Below, one piece after another: positions 34,601 through 45,915 of a DNA stretch of 64,000 nucleotides (the stretch's first letter is position 1; every line of letters starts with the position of its first letter). Origin of the DNA: Anaeromyxobacter sp. (lineage in GTDB: Bacteria; Myxococcota; Myxococcia; Myxococcales; Anaeromyxobacteraceae); assembly GCA_049840735.1 (NCBI GenBank), contig JASGJN010000013.1:512001-576000 (forward strand), read 5' to 3'. The notes under the pieces are model-generated. The model searched no databases and had not been told where the DNA came from. It worked only from the letters and a program-made list of their open reading frames with translations. The translations under genes and the position numbers were made by a program.

Positions 34601-37600
34601 ACGTCGTCGCTTTCGCCGCCGTCCAGCGCGTCGGCCCCCGCGCCACCTTCAAGAACGTCGTTTCCGGCCTCGCCGTTCAGGTCGTCAGCGTCCTCACCGC
34701 CCAGCAGCCGGTCGTTCCCGGCTCGCCCGTACAGAACGTCGTTCGCCGCTCCGCCCTCCAGCAGGTCCCCTTGCGTCCCGCCGTAGAGCGTGTCCGTCCC
34801 GCCCAGGCCCAGGATCCGGTTCGACGCCTCGTTGTAGCCGGTGATCGAGTCGGCGCCCGTCCCCCCCTGCGTCAGGACGCGGGACTTGAGGGTCACCTCG
34901 TCCCAGCTCACGCCGTCCGCAAAGCGGATCTCCTCCACCTCGTTGGAATTGGAGGAGAAGTAGGACTGCACCGTGACCTGCCCGAGCGCGCGCAGGCAGA
35001 CCTGCTCTGCCGAGATGAAGGACCCGAGGTCGATGGTCCCATCGCTGACAATCTGCGCCGACTGGTTGCCCAGCAGATCGTAGAGGTTGATCTTCACGAT
35101 GCCGTCTTCGGCATTGCTCCGCCACAGCCGGCCCGCCGCGTCGTACTCGAGCACCTCGATGCCCGCCGGCGGCGGGTTGCCGTCCAGCACGACCGGCTTG
35201 CCCGGCTCGAAGGAGCCCCGCCGGATGAGCTCGCCGAACGCGTTGTAGGCCATCGCGACCGTGAACACGCCAGGGACAGCCGCGGCGATCGTTCCACCGG
35301 CCACTGCCGTTCCTGCGCCGGGGGTACGGATGGCGATCTGCCGCCCGAGCGCGTCGTACTCGAAGGCGGTGTAGAGGGTGCGCTGGACCGGCGCGCCTTC
35401 TGCATCGACGGTGGTCACCGACTGCCACTGCTTCACCAACCGCCCGGCCGCGTCGAACGACTGCTGGTGCAGGTAGCCTTCCGCATCCTCGGAAGCGAGC
35501 GCGTTTCCGTTCAGGTCGTACCAGGTATTCGTGACCCGGTCCTCCGCCGGCCGCACCTCCAGCGGTCTGAAGGTGCCCGCGCTCGCGCCCTTGGCATAGG
35601 CGATCTGCCGGGTGACATTGCCGTGCGCATCCCGCTGGAACACCGTGAGCGGGAGGATCCGCTCGCCGGTGATGGCATCCCTCCGCTCCGGAGCCAGGAC
35701 CGCCGACGTCCGTCCCAGCGCGTCGTAGGACGTCTGGGTCGTGTTCGCAAGCGCATCGGTCGTACGGGTCAGGTTGCCGACCGCGTCGTATGCGTAGGTG
35801 GTCACCAGGTTGCGCCGGGCGGTAACGCCGTAGTCGTCGGTGACGAGGACCAGCTCTCGCGTCTCGCTCACCTTCCGGTTGGCGCGGTCATAGGCGTACG
35901 CCACCACCCGATCGTCGTCGCTGGCCGCCACGGGCCCGGCGAAGCTCGTCCGACCTTCGACGGTGACTCCGGTGAGCTCCGTGGCGTACTCCGTGCGCCG
36001 CACCAGGTTCCCGGCAGCGTCGTACTTCTGTTCCGTCACGTAGCCGAGCGCATCGACCGTGGTCTCCAGCTGGCCTCGCAGGTTGTAGGTGTTGGTCGTC
36101 GATGCGTAGAGGGGCCGGATGGGATCGACCAGCGCGTCGCTGCGGACCAGCTCACCGAAGGCGTTGTAGCTGTGCTCCACGGTCGCGGCGTAGTACCCAC
36201 CGCGCCCGTCACCGAGATCCACCCAGGCCTTCGGCTGCTGCACGATCGAGGCGCGTCCCATCACGTCGCGAACGGTCGTCACCCTGCGATCGTTGACGTG
36301 CGAGATGGACGCCAAGGCCAAATCAATGCCGCTGACTCGGGGCGCCGAGGCGCTCCCGAGCGCCAGCGCCGGCTGCTCCGCGTACCGGATCAGCCCGGTC
36401 ACCTCCCCGTGGCTGTTGAGCTCATATCCTGTGACGTACCCAGCCGCGTCCACCTCGTAGCGAACCCGCCCGAGCGCGTCGTAGGCCTTGTAGCTCCACG
36501 TGCCAGCGACGTCGCGGTTGGCGACCGCGTTTCCAAAGACGTCGTAGAACACCTCGGACGTCAGCTCGACCTCGACCTCCCTTCGCTCCGCGAGGGAGGA
36601 AGCCCCATTGCTCGTGAGGCTGTCGGCCAGCGCGATGTACACTGGCGCCTTGGGGAAGGTCGTCTTCACCTGGCGGCCCACCGCGTCGTAGGCGTAGGCC
36701 GTGGTGCGCTCCTCGGTCAGGCCAGCCGCCTCGGTCCGCGCCGTCACATTGCCCAGCGCGTCGTAGCCAATTACCGTCCTCACCGCGCTCTGCGACTCGG
36801 ACGTGAGCCACGCCCCGTCCACCAGCAGCTGCGTGGTCAGCGAGACGATCGGCGTCCGCTCCTCCGTCATGCGCCCGGCGGCGTCGTACAGGTACGTCCA
36901 GGTCTTCCCGGCCTTGTTCGTGAAGTCAGTCCTGCGCCCGGCGCCGTCGTAGAGGTAGTCCTCGGTGTATCCCAGCACGTCCCGCGTCGAAGCCAGTCGG
37001 CCAGCCGCGTCGTAGGTGAACCGCTCGTTGGGCGTCGCGTAATGCTGCGTGCCAAGGACGTCGTAGATGTCCTCGGCCGAAGCGCCCACGCCGAGACCAC
37101 TCACCTTGGTCTCGAACAGCGTGGTCGTCAGCTTGCGGCCCACGCCGTCGTAGGTGGTCCTCGTCACGAAGCCGAGAGGGTCGACGCTGTACGCGAGCCG
37201 ACCCGCCGGGTCGTAGGCGTAGAGCGTGGTACGGTCGGACCCGTCGGTGTTCTGGAGCCCCTGCAGGTCCCCGGTGCTCAGGAGCACGGGCGCGCCCCCG
37301 GCCGCGATCCCGAGGGCATAGGCGCGGGTGGCGATGAGGTTCCCGGCGCCGTCGTACCAGCTGCGGGTGAACGCGCCCGCTGCGTCCACCGAGTAGACCT
37401 GCCGGCCCGCTGCGTCGAACACGGCGCTCGACACCCGCTTCCCACCGGTCCCGTTCACCACCGGGCTCACGGCGGCCGCGACGCCCGCCGGGTCCGTGTC
37501 CGCGGTCGGCGCCGCGATGGTGTCGCCGTAGGCGATGCGCTGGATCGCGCTGCCTGTGCCGTCGTAGACGGTCTGGCTCACTCCACCGAGCGCGTTCACC

Positions 37601-40600
37601 ACGAAAACCTGGTGGCCGGCCCTGTCGTACGCGAAGAGCGTGATCCGGTCGTCCGCCGTGGAGGCCACCGCGCTCGGCTCGACCGTGTTCGCGGCGGCCG
37701 TGGCGTAGGCCACCTGCTTCACCAGCTGCCCGGCGCCGTCGTAGATCTGCCCGGTGACCGCGCCGGCGCCGTTGGCCGTCCAGGCCACGCGCCCCGCAGC
37801 GTCGTAGCGCGACCGCACGCGGGAGTCCTTCACGTCGTTCTTCACCGCGTCGACGGCGGTCCTGAGATCGCCCTCGGTCAGGGCCGTCGAGGTCAGGACG
37901 ACCGTGGCGTAGGCCACGCGCTCGAGCACCTGCCCGATCCCGTCGTAGGTCTGCTCCACCACGGCGCCGACGCCGTTCATGGTGAAGCGGACGCGGTTGG
38001 CCTTGTCGTAGACGTTCCGGACCAGCAGATCGGGGTTGGCAGCGGTCCCCGTCACGGTCGGCGTGGTGCCGGGCGTCCAGGTCGAGAGGTTGAGCTTGGC
38101 CGCGTAGACGCGCTCCTCGATGAGGTTGCCGTTCGCGTCGTAAGCACGGGTCGTGGTGCCGCCCACGCCATCCACCGTCCAGGTCAGCCGGCCGGCGGCG
38201 TCATAGCCGTGGTACACGTGCTGATCCCGCGCGGTATTCTTGATGATCGCCGCCGAGACGTCCGACTCGGTCGTCGCCGTCGAGGCGGAGATGGCCGTGG
38301 CGTAGCTGATCTGCTCGGTGAGGTTGCCGTTCCCGTCGTACTTCTGCTCGACGACGCCGCCGGTACCGCTGATCGTGAAGCGGGCGCGGTTGGCCCGGTC
38401 GTAGACCGCCTGGACCCGCTGGTCGCGGGCGTCGTCGGCCACCACGGCCGGCACGGTCCCCAGGTCCCAGCTGCTGAGATCGACCCGGTTGACGTAGGTC
38501 CGCTGCTCGACGACGTTGCCGTCGCCGTCGTAGACCGCCTCGGAGGCTCCGCCGGTGCCGTCGATCGACCAGGTGCGCCGGTTGGCGGCGTCGTAGACCG
38601 CGTAGGCGTGCCGATCCAGGACCGGGTTCTTCACCGAGGCCAGCGCGCTGGTGATGGCGGCGTCGGTGGCCGCGGTGGAAGCGGCGATGGTGCGCGCGTA
38701 GGCGATCCGGTCGAGGACGTTGCCGTTGGCGTCGTACTTGAGCTCCACCACCCCGCCGGTGGCATCGAGGGTGTACTTGGCCCGATCGGCGAGGTCGTAG
38801 ACGGTCTGAATCCGGAGATCGCGGGCGTCGTCGGCGATGGCAGGCGGGGTGGGCGTGATCGTCCGGTCCCAGGTCGACACATCGATGCGCGTCGCGTAGG
38901 CCCGCCGCTCGATGACGTTGCCGTTGCCGTCGTACTGGAATTGCGTGACACCCCCCTCCCCGTCCACGCTCCAGGTCAGACGGCCGTCGCCGTCATAGAC
39001 CCGGTGCTCCACCACGTCCGGCCGCGTCGCCGTGCCCGGCTGGATCAGCGTGGCGATTCTGATCGACGGTGGCCGCGATGGGGAGCGAGCCCAGGGCGAT
39101 GACCGCTCCGTAGGCCGTCGTGGAGATGACCCGCCCCTCTGCGTCGTACGTGCTCTTGCGGACCCCGCCCTCGGCGTCCACGGTGAACACCAGCCGGTTG
39201 GCCGCATCGTAGGCAAACCGGGTCACGTTCCCGCGCGCGTCGGTCCGCGCGACCACGTTCCCGTTCTTGTCGTAGGTGTAGCTCTCGACCACCTTGAGGC
39301 CGGCCGGATCGACCGTGGTGGAGAGGCGCCGGCCTGCGACGTCGTAGGTGTACTGCGTGGCCAACCAGCCGGGGCTCGTCACTGTGAGCTGGCGGCCGGC
39401 CGGGTCGTACTCGTAGCGCGTGACGAGGTTCAGGCCGGTGGGGTCGACGGCTTGCGTGAGGACGTGGCCGGCCAGGTCGAACCTGATCGCCGTGACGGTG
39501 CCGCGCGGATCCGTGACGCTGATCTGCTGGCCCTTCGCGTCGTAAGCGTAGCTGGTCGTGAGCGCGAGCTTGCCCGTGCCCGGGTCCACCGTCCGGCTCA
39601 GGACGCGATTGGCCGCATCGTAGGTGACGCGCGTGATGGTTCCGCGCGCGTCGATCTGGTCCACCACCCGATCTGCGCGATCGTAGGTGGACTCGAGCGA
39701 CGTGCCGTCCGCCCGCCGGGTGAACCGGAGGTTGCCGTCGGCGTCGTACTCGTACGTGGTGGCGTTCCCGCGGCCGTCCGTCACCCGGCACAGCTGGCCG
39801 TTGCGGGTGGTCTCGGTGGTGACCGTCACGCCCTCCGGCGTGGTCACGATCGTCTTGCGATTCGCCGTCTCGTAACGATAAGTGGTGGTCTTGCCCAGCG
39901 CGTCCGTCTGGGTGAGCGTGCGGCCGAAGGCGTCGTACGTGGTGGACCGGATCCCCCCAGTGCGTCCACGGTCTGCACCAGCCGGCCCAGCCGGTCGTAG
40001 GTGGCCGGCGGGATCGTGACGCCGTTCGCGTCGGTCGTCTGGATGAGCCGGCCGAAGGCGTCGTAGACCGAGCTGCGGGTGATGGCGAGGCCGCTCGGGT
40101 CCTCCATCATCCGCGTGGCCAGGCCGCGCCGATCGAAGGTGCTGGTGCGGACGAGCGTCCCGACGTTCGTCGGCTGGGTGCTCTGGATCAGGCCGCCGAA
40201 GCCGTCGTAGGTCCCGGTGGTCCGGACGTTCAGCGCGTCAATGGTAGCCGTCCGCTGGCCGCGGGCGTCGTACTCGAACCGCGTGAGCGAGTTCTGGGTG
40301 GAGGCGGCGACCGCGGTCACGAGGGCCGTGGCCGCGCCGGCGTTGGCGGTGGCGGACAGGACTCCCCCGACGAACGTGGAGACGTCCGAGGGGGCCAGCC
40401 GGGTGGCCAGCGCGTTGGTCGAGGTGACGCGCCCCAGCGCGTCGTAGGTGGTCTCGGTGACCTCACCCAGCGCGTTGATGGTGTAGCGGAGCCGCCCGGC
40501 GTCGTCGTGGAAGAAGACGGTCCGGTTGCCGTTCTGGTCGGTGGTGCTGATACGGCGGCCCGCCGCGTCGTAGGCGTGCTTCACGCCATACTGCGCCCAG

Positions 40601-43600
40601 ATATCCTCCACCTGCGCCGGCGTCAGGCCCGAGGTGAGCTGCGCGGCGCCCACCGCGGTCAGCTCGGCGACCAGGCGCCCCTGCACGTCGTAGCGCTTGT
40701 TCAGGATCCGCTGATCAACGGTCCCGGCCGCGATGGTGGTGCTGACCAGGTTCCCGACGGTGTCGTAGACGTTGTCGGTTGTGAGCCCGTCCGCCGTCTC
40801 CTGCCGGAGGAGCCGGCCCAGCGCGTCCCAGGTGTTCCGGGCGAAGTGGTCCTCGGCGTCCGCCGCCGGGCGGAGCGTGGAGAGGCTGGTGAAGGGCGAG
40901 AGCGTCGCCGTCACCTTGCTGGCGTAGCGGCGCGACTCGAGCAGGCGGCCGTTCGAGTCGTAGGTCAGCTCGGTGAGGTAGCCCTCCGCGTCCACCTCGG
41001 CCACCTTCTGGCCGCGCGCGTCGTAGTACGTCCAGGTGGAGATGTCCTTCGCAGCGTCGGTATCCACCAGGCTGGCCACGTTGCCGCTGGAGCGGACCGT
41101 CGCGACCGCAGCGGCGATGCTGGCGGCATCGGTGAACCCGCGCACCTTGTTCGCGTAGCCGATGGTCTGGACCTGGCGGCCCGCCGAGTCGTAGCGGAGC
41201 TCGGTGAGGTAGCCCTCGCCGTCGATGGTGCCGCGCAGCAGCCCGTCCTTGTCCAGCAGCCGGGTGATGGTGCGGTCAGCCGCGGACCCGACGGGCGCCA
41301 CCGTCGCGGCCACGCCGTTCCCGAGCGCGGCGGTGCTCACCGCGTTCGCGTACTGCGTGGTGGACAGCACCCGGCCAGCCTCGTCGAACCGGGTCTGGGT
41401 GACGTAGCCCAGCGCGTCCACCTGGTGGGTGAGCCGGCCAGCCGCGTCGTAGATGTTCCAGGTCTTCGCATCCGCCGAGGTGGCGGCGGGGCGGATGGCG
41501 GAGAGCGCCGGTGAGGTCGGGTTGCCATTGGCATCGACCAGCAGGCTCACCGTGACCGGGTTGGCGTACCCGATGATCTGGGTGAGCTGGTTCGCGGCGT
41601 CGTAGACGTGCTCAGTGAGGCTGCCCGACGGCCCCACGTCTGCGACCTTGCGTCCAGCGGCGTCGTACAGCACCCAGCTGCGCTGACCGGTGGGCCCCTG
41701 GGTCATCACCAGCCGGTTGTCCGCGTCGTAGGAGTAGCGCGTCGTGCCGAGCGTGGTCCCGGCGGACGACTCCACGACCGAGACGAGCCGGCCCGCGCCG
41801 TCGAAGGTGGACGTCCGCACCAGGTTGTTGGCGAGGGTGACGCTGATCTTCCCGCCGGCGTCGTCGTAGAGCGAGACGGTGGGGATCGAGAGCGTGCCGT
41901 CCGCTGACTTCACCAGGCTGGAGACCACACGCCCCATGCCGTCGTAGACGGTCTGGGTGATGCCACGTCCATCGGGCGTGATGGTCTGCAGCAGCTCGCC
42001 GCGCTCGTTGTAGACGTACTGGGTAGTGGCACCGGTGCCGGAGACGCCCTCTCCCGACACGTCGAGCTGGGTGTAGACCACGGAGAGCTTGAGCTCGCCG
42101 CGCAGGTCGTACTTGTAGCTGGTCCGGGTGGCGAGGCTGCGGTCGGCCGCGAGTCCGGTCACCCAGGCCTGGACCTGCGCCTCCGTGGGAACAGCGGTCT
42201 GGCCAAGGCTCGCCACCAGGGTGGCCACGTCGTACGCCTGGGCCCGGTACTCGAAGGTCGCGATCCGCCGGCCCAGCGGCTCGTCAGTCGGCGTCCCGGT
42301 GCCGTACCGGTGCTCGGCGACGCGACCTTCGGGGCTGATCACGAACCGGAGCTGGTTCTTGCCCTCGGCGTCGTAGACGTAGCGGGTGGTCAGAGCCGCG
42401 CCGCCGGAGTGGACGGTCTCGGTCAGGATCTGGTTGTGACCGTCGTAGGTCCTCTCGACGGTGTTGCCGGCCGAGTCCACCTGCTTCGTCAGGTTTCCAT
42501 TCTCGTACGTCAGGTCGAGGGTCTGCTTGATCCCATCCCGGACGACGTCCTCGGGAGCCTCCAGCGTGTACTTGACGTAGGAGGTGATCGTCGCTGCGTC
42601 GCCGCTGGCCGTGTACGTGTACTCGACCAGCGTCAGTCCGCCGGGCTGAGCGGCCGTCACACCGCCCACGACGCGGGTGAGCTGGGCCTTCGTGTCGTAG
42701 AGGTAGACCGTCGAGACGTTCAGCGGGTCCGTGACTGTGGTCTTGCCAGCGGCGTACGCGAACGAGGTGGTGTTGCCCGCGCCGTCCTCGACGGTCGCCA
42801 CCTTGTAGACGCCGTCCACCAGGTCGTACGTGAAGTCAGTCCGCGTGCCGTCGCCCTGGACCACGCTGGCGATGCGGTTGCTCGTCCCGTCGTAGGTGTA
42901 GGTGGTCGTGAAGACCGTGGCCGTCTCAGCGGCCGTCACCGCCGACAGGGTCTTCGGGTTGAGCGCAACGCTCACCGTCTCGAGCCGGTTCTGCGCGTCG
43001 TAGGTGTACGAGACGCTCTGGAGCGTCAGGTCGCCGTCGACCTTCAGCACCGTGTCGACCCGGAGCAGGTTCCGGCCGTTGGCGCCGCCGTAGACGTAGG
43101 TGATCGACTCGCCGCTGGCGCTCGTCACGCCCGTCAGCTGGTTCGACTCGTTGTAGCTGTAGGTGAGCGTGTTCCCGGCCGCGTCGGTCTGCGTGAGGAT
43201 CCGGCCGACCGCGCCGGCCTGGTACGTCTCGCGCGTGGTCGAGGCTCCGTCGGTCCAGGTGTACGTGCCGTCACCGTTGATGACGATGCTGTCGCGGGCC
43301 GAGCTGCCGGTGATCTCCGCGAGGTACGCGCCCTTGGCCGCGTCCCAGGCGTAGTCGCAGGTCGAGCCGTCGGTGTCGACCCGGCGGAGCCGCCCGCCGC
43401 CGAGGTCCTGGATGGCCCTCGTCGGCGCGCCCTGCCAGAAGTCGCCGCTGCCGTCGAAGTCGTAGGCGCCCTGGCTGTTGTACGTGCGCAGCGCCGAGGT
43501 GTCCGGGCCGTTGCCGACCAGCAGCGCGTCGCCGCGCTGCAGCACCAGGTTGCCGCTGAAGATGTTGACGTAGGCGCGCTCCCCGCCCTGCCCCTGGGTG

Positions 43601-43686
43601 CTGGAGCCGAAGAGGCCCCGCCCGCCGAGGGAGGTGAGCGAGCTGAGGTTCAGGCCCAGCGAGTTCCCGCTGAAGATCGCGACCAT
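25649..43686 (-). CDS. giant YD/Rhs-repeat protein with internal RTX block, LysM, TM region and C-terminal toxin domain (~6,000 aa; five ORFs joined across four 1-nt frameshifts)
   Basis: Dozens of YDxxGR repeats; GGxGxDxL nonapeptides 30.5-35 kb; LysM near 27975-28125; sequence is continuous across shifts near 39955, 39058, 32114 and 30867. Confidence 0.85.
30890..33010 (-). repeat. ~600-bp RTX repeat units (type B, about 3.5 diverged copies)
   Basis: Recurring VVRRGGGADTITDSD.T.GN.DTLRFEDVAST..GNDLV.R.G..QDRVTV.N.FY..IQFSDGVTW. Confidence 0.85.
33127..34790 (-). repeat. 594-bp near-identical tandem RTX repeat units (type A, about 3 copies)
   Basis: Identical off-frame ORFs offset by exactly 594 bp (33551/34145; 33694/34288). 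Confidence 0.92.
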
Positions 43687-43839
43687 GGTGTGCAGACCCC
43701 GTCGTCATGCCGCGATTGCCCCCCGGGGCACCTGCCCCTCTGGTCGATCACGACTGGCTGTAGGGTTGTCCGCTGGACGCGGCGGGAGTTTAGCGCCCGG
43801 ACTGCGGCATTGCTTCGCGGGGCTTTCCCTGGGCCATCA

Positions 43840-45222
43840 TCACACCAGGTACTCGTCCGCCGGCCGCCGCCGGCCGGGGGCGCCGGCGCGGTACTCCTTG
43901 AGCCTGTACTGCACCTTCCGGACGGAGACGCCCAGCAGCTCGGCGGCGCGCGCGGTCGAGCCGCCGCAGCGGTCGAGCGTGCGCAGGATGGCCTCCCGCT
44001 CGATCTCCAGCAGCGTCGAGCCCGGGGCTGGCCAGGCGTCGGCCTCCTCGGCCGCGCCGGCGCGCACCACTGGCGGCAGGTGCTCGAGCGCCAGGTCGTG
44101 GCCGGCGGTGGCCCGCACCGCGTGCGCCACCGCGGCGGCCAGCTCGCGCACGTTGCCCGGCCACTCGTAGGCGAAGAGCGCCGCGAGCGCGCCGGCGGTC
44201 ACGCCGGGCGGCGCGCGCCCCAGCGCCCGCGCCTCGGCGGCCGCGAAGTGGGCCACCAGCGCGGGGAGATTGTCGCGGCGGGCGCGCAGCGGCGGGAGCT
44301 CGGCCGCCACCACCGCCAGCCGGTAGTAGAGGTCATGCCGGAACCGTCCTGCGGCCACCGCCTCGGCCAGATCGACCTGCGAGGAGGCCACCACGCGCAC
44401 GTCCACGCGGATGGGCGCGCCGCCGCCGGCCGGGATGACCTCGCCGGTCTGGAGCGTGCGCATCAGCGCCAGCTGCAGCGCGGGCGGGAGCTGCCCGACC
44501 TCCTGCAGGTAGAGCGTGCCGCGGTCGGCGGCCTCCAGCCGCCCCTCTTGCCGGCCCTCGAGATCGGGCAGCACGCCCGGCTCGGCGCCGAACAGCTCGA
44601 CCTCCAGCAGCCGCTCGCACAGCCCGGCGCAGGAGAGGCGCAGGAAGGGGCGCTCGCTGCGCGGGGAGGCCTCGTGCAGCGCCTGGGCCACGTGGGCCTT
44701 GCCGGTGCCGGGCTCGCCGGTGAGCAGGACCGGGGCGCGGGTGGGGCCGGCGCGGGCGATGGTCTCCTGCACCGCGCGCATGGCGGGCGTCTCGCCCACC
44801 ACCAGGGCCCGGGCCCGCGCGCGGGCCCGGAGCGCGTCGCGCTCGCGGCGGAGGCGGCGGGCCTCCAGCGCGCGCTGCAGCAGGAGCAGCAGCTGCCCGG
44901 CGTCGATGGGGTGGAGCACGAAGCCGTCGGCGCCCGACCGCAGCGCCGCCAGCGCCAACTCCACCTGCTCGGCCCCGGCCGTCACCACCAGCGCCGCGTC
45001 CGAGCCCACCTCGCCCAGCCGCACGAGCAGCGCACCGTCCGCGGCGCCCGGCAGCGCCACGCCGGCCAGGACCACGCCGGGCGAGAAGCTGGGGACCAGC
45101 GCCAGCGCGTCCTCCAGCCCGCCCGCGTCCACCGCGTCCAGGCCGCGCTCGCAGAGCAAGGCGCGCAGCGCCCCGCCTGCGCGGCGGTCGGCGTCCACGA
45201 CGAGGATGCGCTCGGACTTCAT
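43840..45222 (-). CDS. NtrC-like REC-AAA+-Fis regulator with degenerate motifs
   Basis: RILVVDAD, GEPGTGK, DLYYRL, WPGNVREL, Fis HTH; GAFTGA, Walker B Asp and phospho-Asp are replaced. Confidence 0.85.
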   Translation of the reverse strand: MKSERILVVDADRRAGGALRALLCERGLDAVDAGGLEDALALVPSFSPGVVLAGVALPGAADGALLVRLGEVGSDAALVVTAGAEQVELALAALRSGADGFVLHPIDAGQLLLLLQRALEARRLRRERDALRARARARALVVGETPAMRAVQETIARAGPTRAPVLLTGEPGTGKAHVAQALHEASPRSERPFLRLSCAGLCERLLEVELFGAEPGVLPDLEGRQEGRLEAADRGTLYLQEVGQLPPALQLALMRTLQTGEVIPAGGGAPIRVDVRVVASSQVDLAEAVAAGRFRHDLYYRLAVVAAELPPLRARRDNLPALVAHFAAAEARALGRAPPGVTAGALAALFAYEWPGNVRELAAAVAHAVRATAGHDLALEHLPPVVRAGAAEEADAWPAPGSTLLEIEREAILRTLDRCGGSTARAAELLGVSVRKVQYRLKEYRAGAPGRRRPADEYLV

Positions 45223-45237
45223 CCAGAGGCGGGGGAA

Positions 45238-45254
45238 AGCAAGGGCCGTACCCG
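45238..45254 (-). promoter_or_regulatory. candidate sigma54 -24/-12 promoter
   Basis: Minus strand GGGTACG-GCCC-TTGCT (GG-N10-GC), ~16 bp before the ATG at 45222. Confidence 0.5.
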
Positions 45255-45450
45255 GGTCCTGGAGCACCGCGCCGTGCACCCTTTGCGCGCTCCAGGGGGC
45301 TACGGGGTGGTCTGGCAGGCCCGGCACCCCCAGCGGTGGTCCCTGCGGGTGACGCGGCGGAGGGGGCGGCTCCCACCTGCCCGCAGCCCCCTCCGCGCCC
45401 CCTGCGCCGCTGCGCATTCCGTGCGCCGAGGAGCCGCCCCGTGCCCCGAG

Positions 45451-45900
45451 CTAAGATGGAAGGGCCGGACCGCAGGAGCGGCCCGGCCCGGAGCAAGCCG
45501 CGGTGCGCCGATCAGGGCGCCAGCGGGATCGGCGGCGGGTCGATGGACGCGCCGCCCGCGGGCAGCGAGCCCTTGACCGATCCGGCGGGTTGGCCAGCGG
45601 GAAGCGGGTGGCGTTGTCCAGGATCACCAGCCCGATGAGCAGGGCCACGAACACCAGGGAGGTGATGAAGACCAGCCGGTTGGCGCCCTTCTGATTGTAG
45701 AGGTGCATGAAGAAGAGGGCCACCAGCGCCCCCTTGGCGGTGGCGATGACCAGCGCGATGGTCACGTGCCAGCCGCCCTCCACGTGGATCCTCGACGCGT
45801 AGTAGGTGACCACCGTCAGGATCAGGAGGGCGATCCAGACCGTGGCGTAGCGGGCGGCGTGAGAGGGGTGGGCCACGGAGTGGCTCGAGGTCTCGGCCAT
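45451..45900 (-). CDS. coxD: cytochrome c oxidase subunit IV (true stop probably ~45512)
   Basis: WIALLILT..IATAKGALVALFFMHL; operon position. Confidence 0.8.
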   Translation of the reverse strand: MAETSSHSVAHPSHAARYATVWIALLILTVVTYYASRIHVEGGWHVTIALVIATAKGALVALFFMHLYNQKGANRLVFITSLVFVALLIGLVILDNATRFPLANPPDRSRARCPRAARPSTRRRSRWRPDRRTAACSGPGRSCGPALPS

Positions 45901-45915
45901 GGGGCTGACGCTCTC

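Noticed and set aside
30890..34790. CRISPR-like array
   Set aside because: Repeats are ~600-bp in-frame coding units with no unique spacers, and no cas genes are present.
34771..39102. 1443-aa plus-strand ORF and the Ser/Pro-rich plus-strand ORFs at 30.9-34.8 kb
   Set aside because: Antisense shadows of the YD and RTX repeats.
30860..39960. Programmed frameshifting or phase variation in the giant gene
   Set aside because: No slippery heptamers; similar single-base errors hit respiratory genes. Only the C6 run near 39955 is a homopolymer, and it also abuts GATC.
43687..43839. Cyclic-dinucleotide (GEMM) riboswitch upstream of the giant gene
   Set aside because: Only a GCTAAAC fragment resembles it; the GNRA-capped stem and following conserved segment are absent by eye. 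An Rfam scan would settle it.
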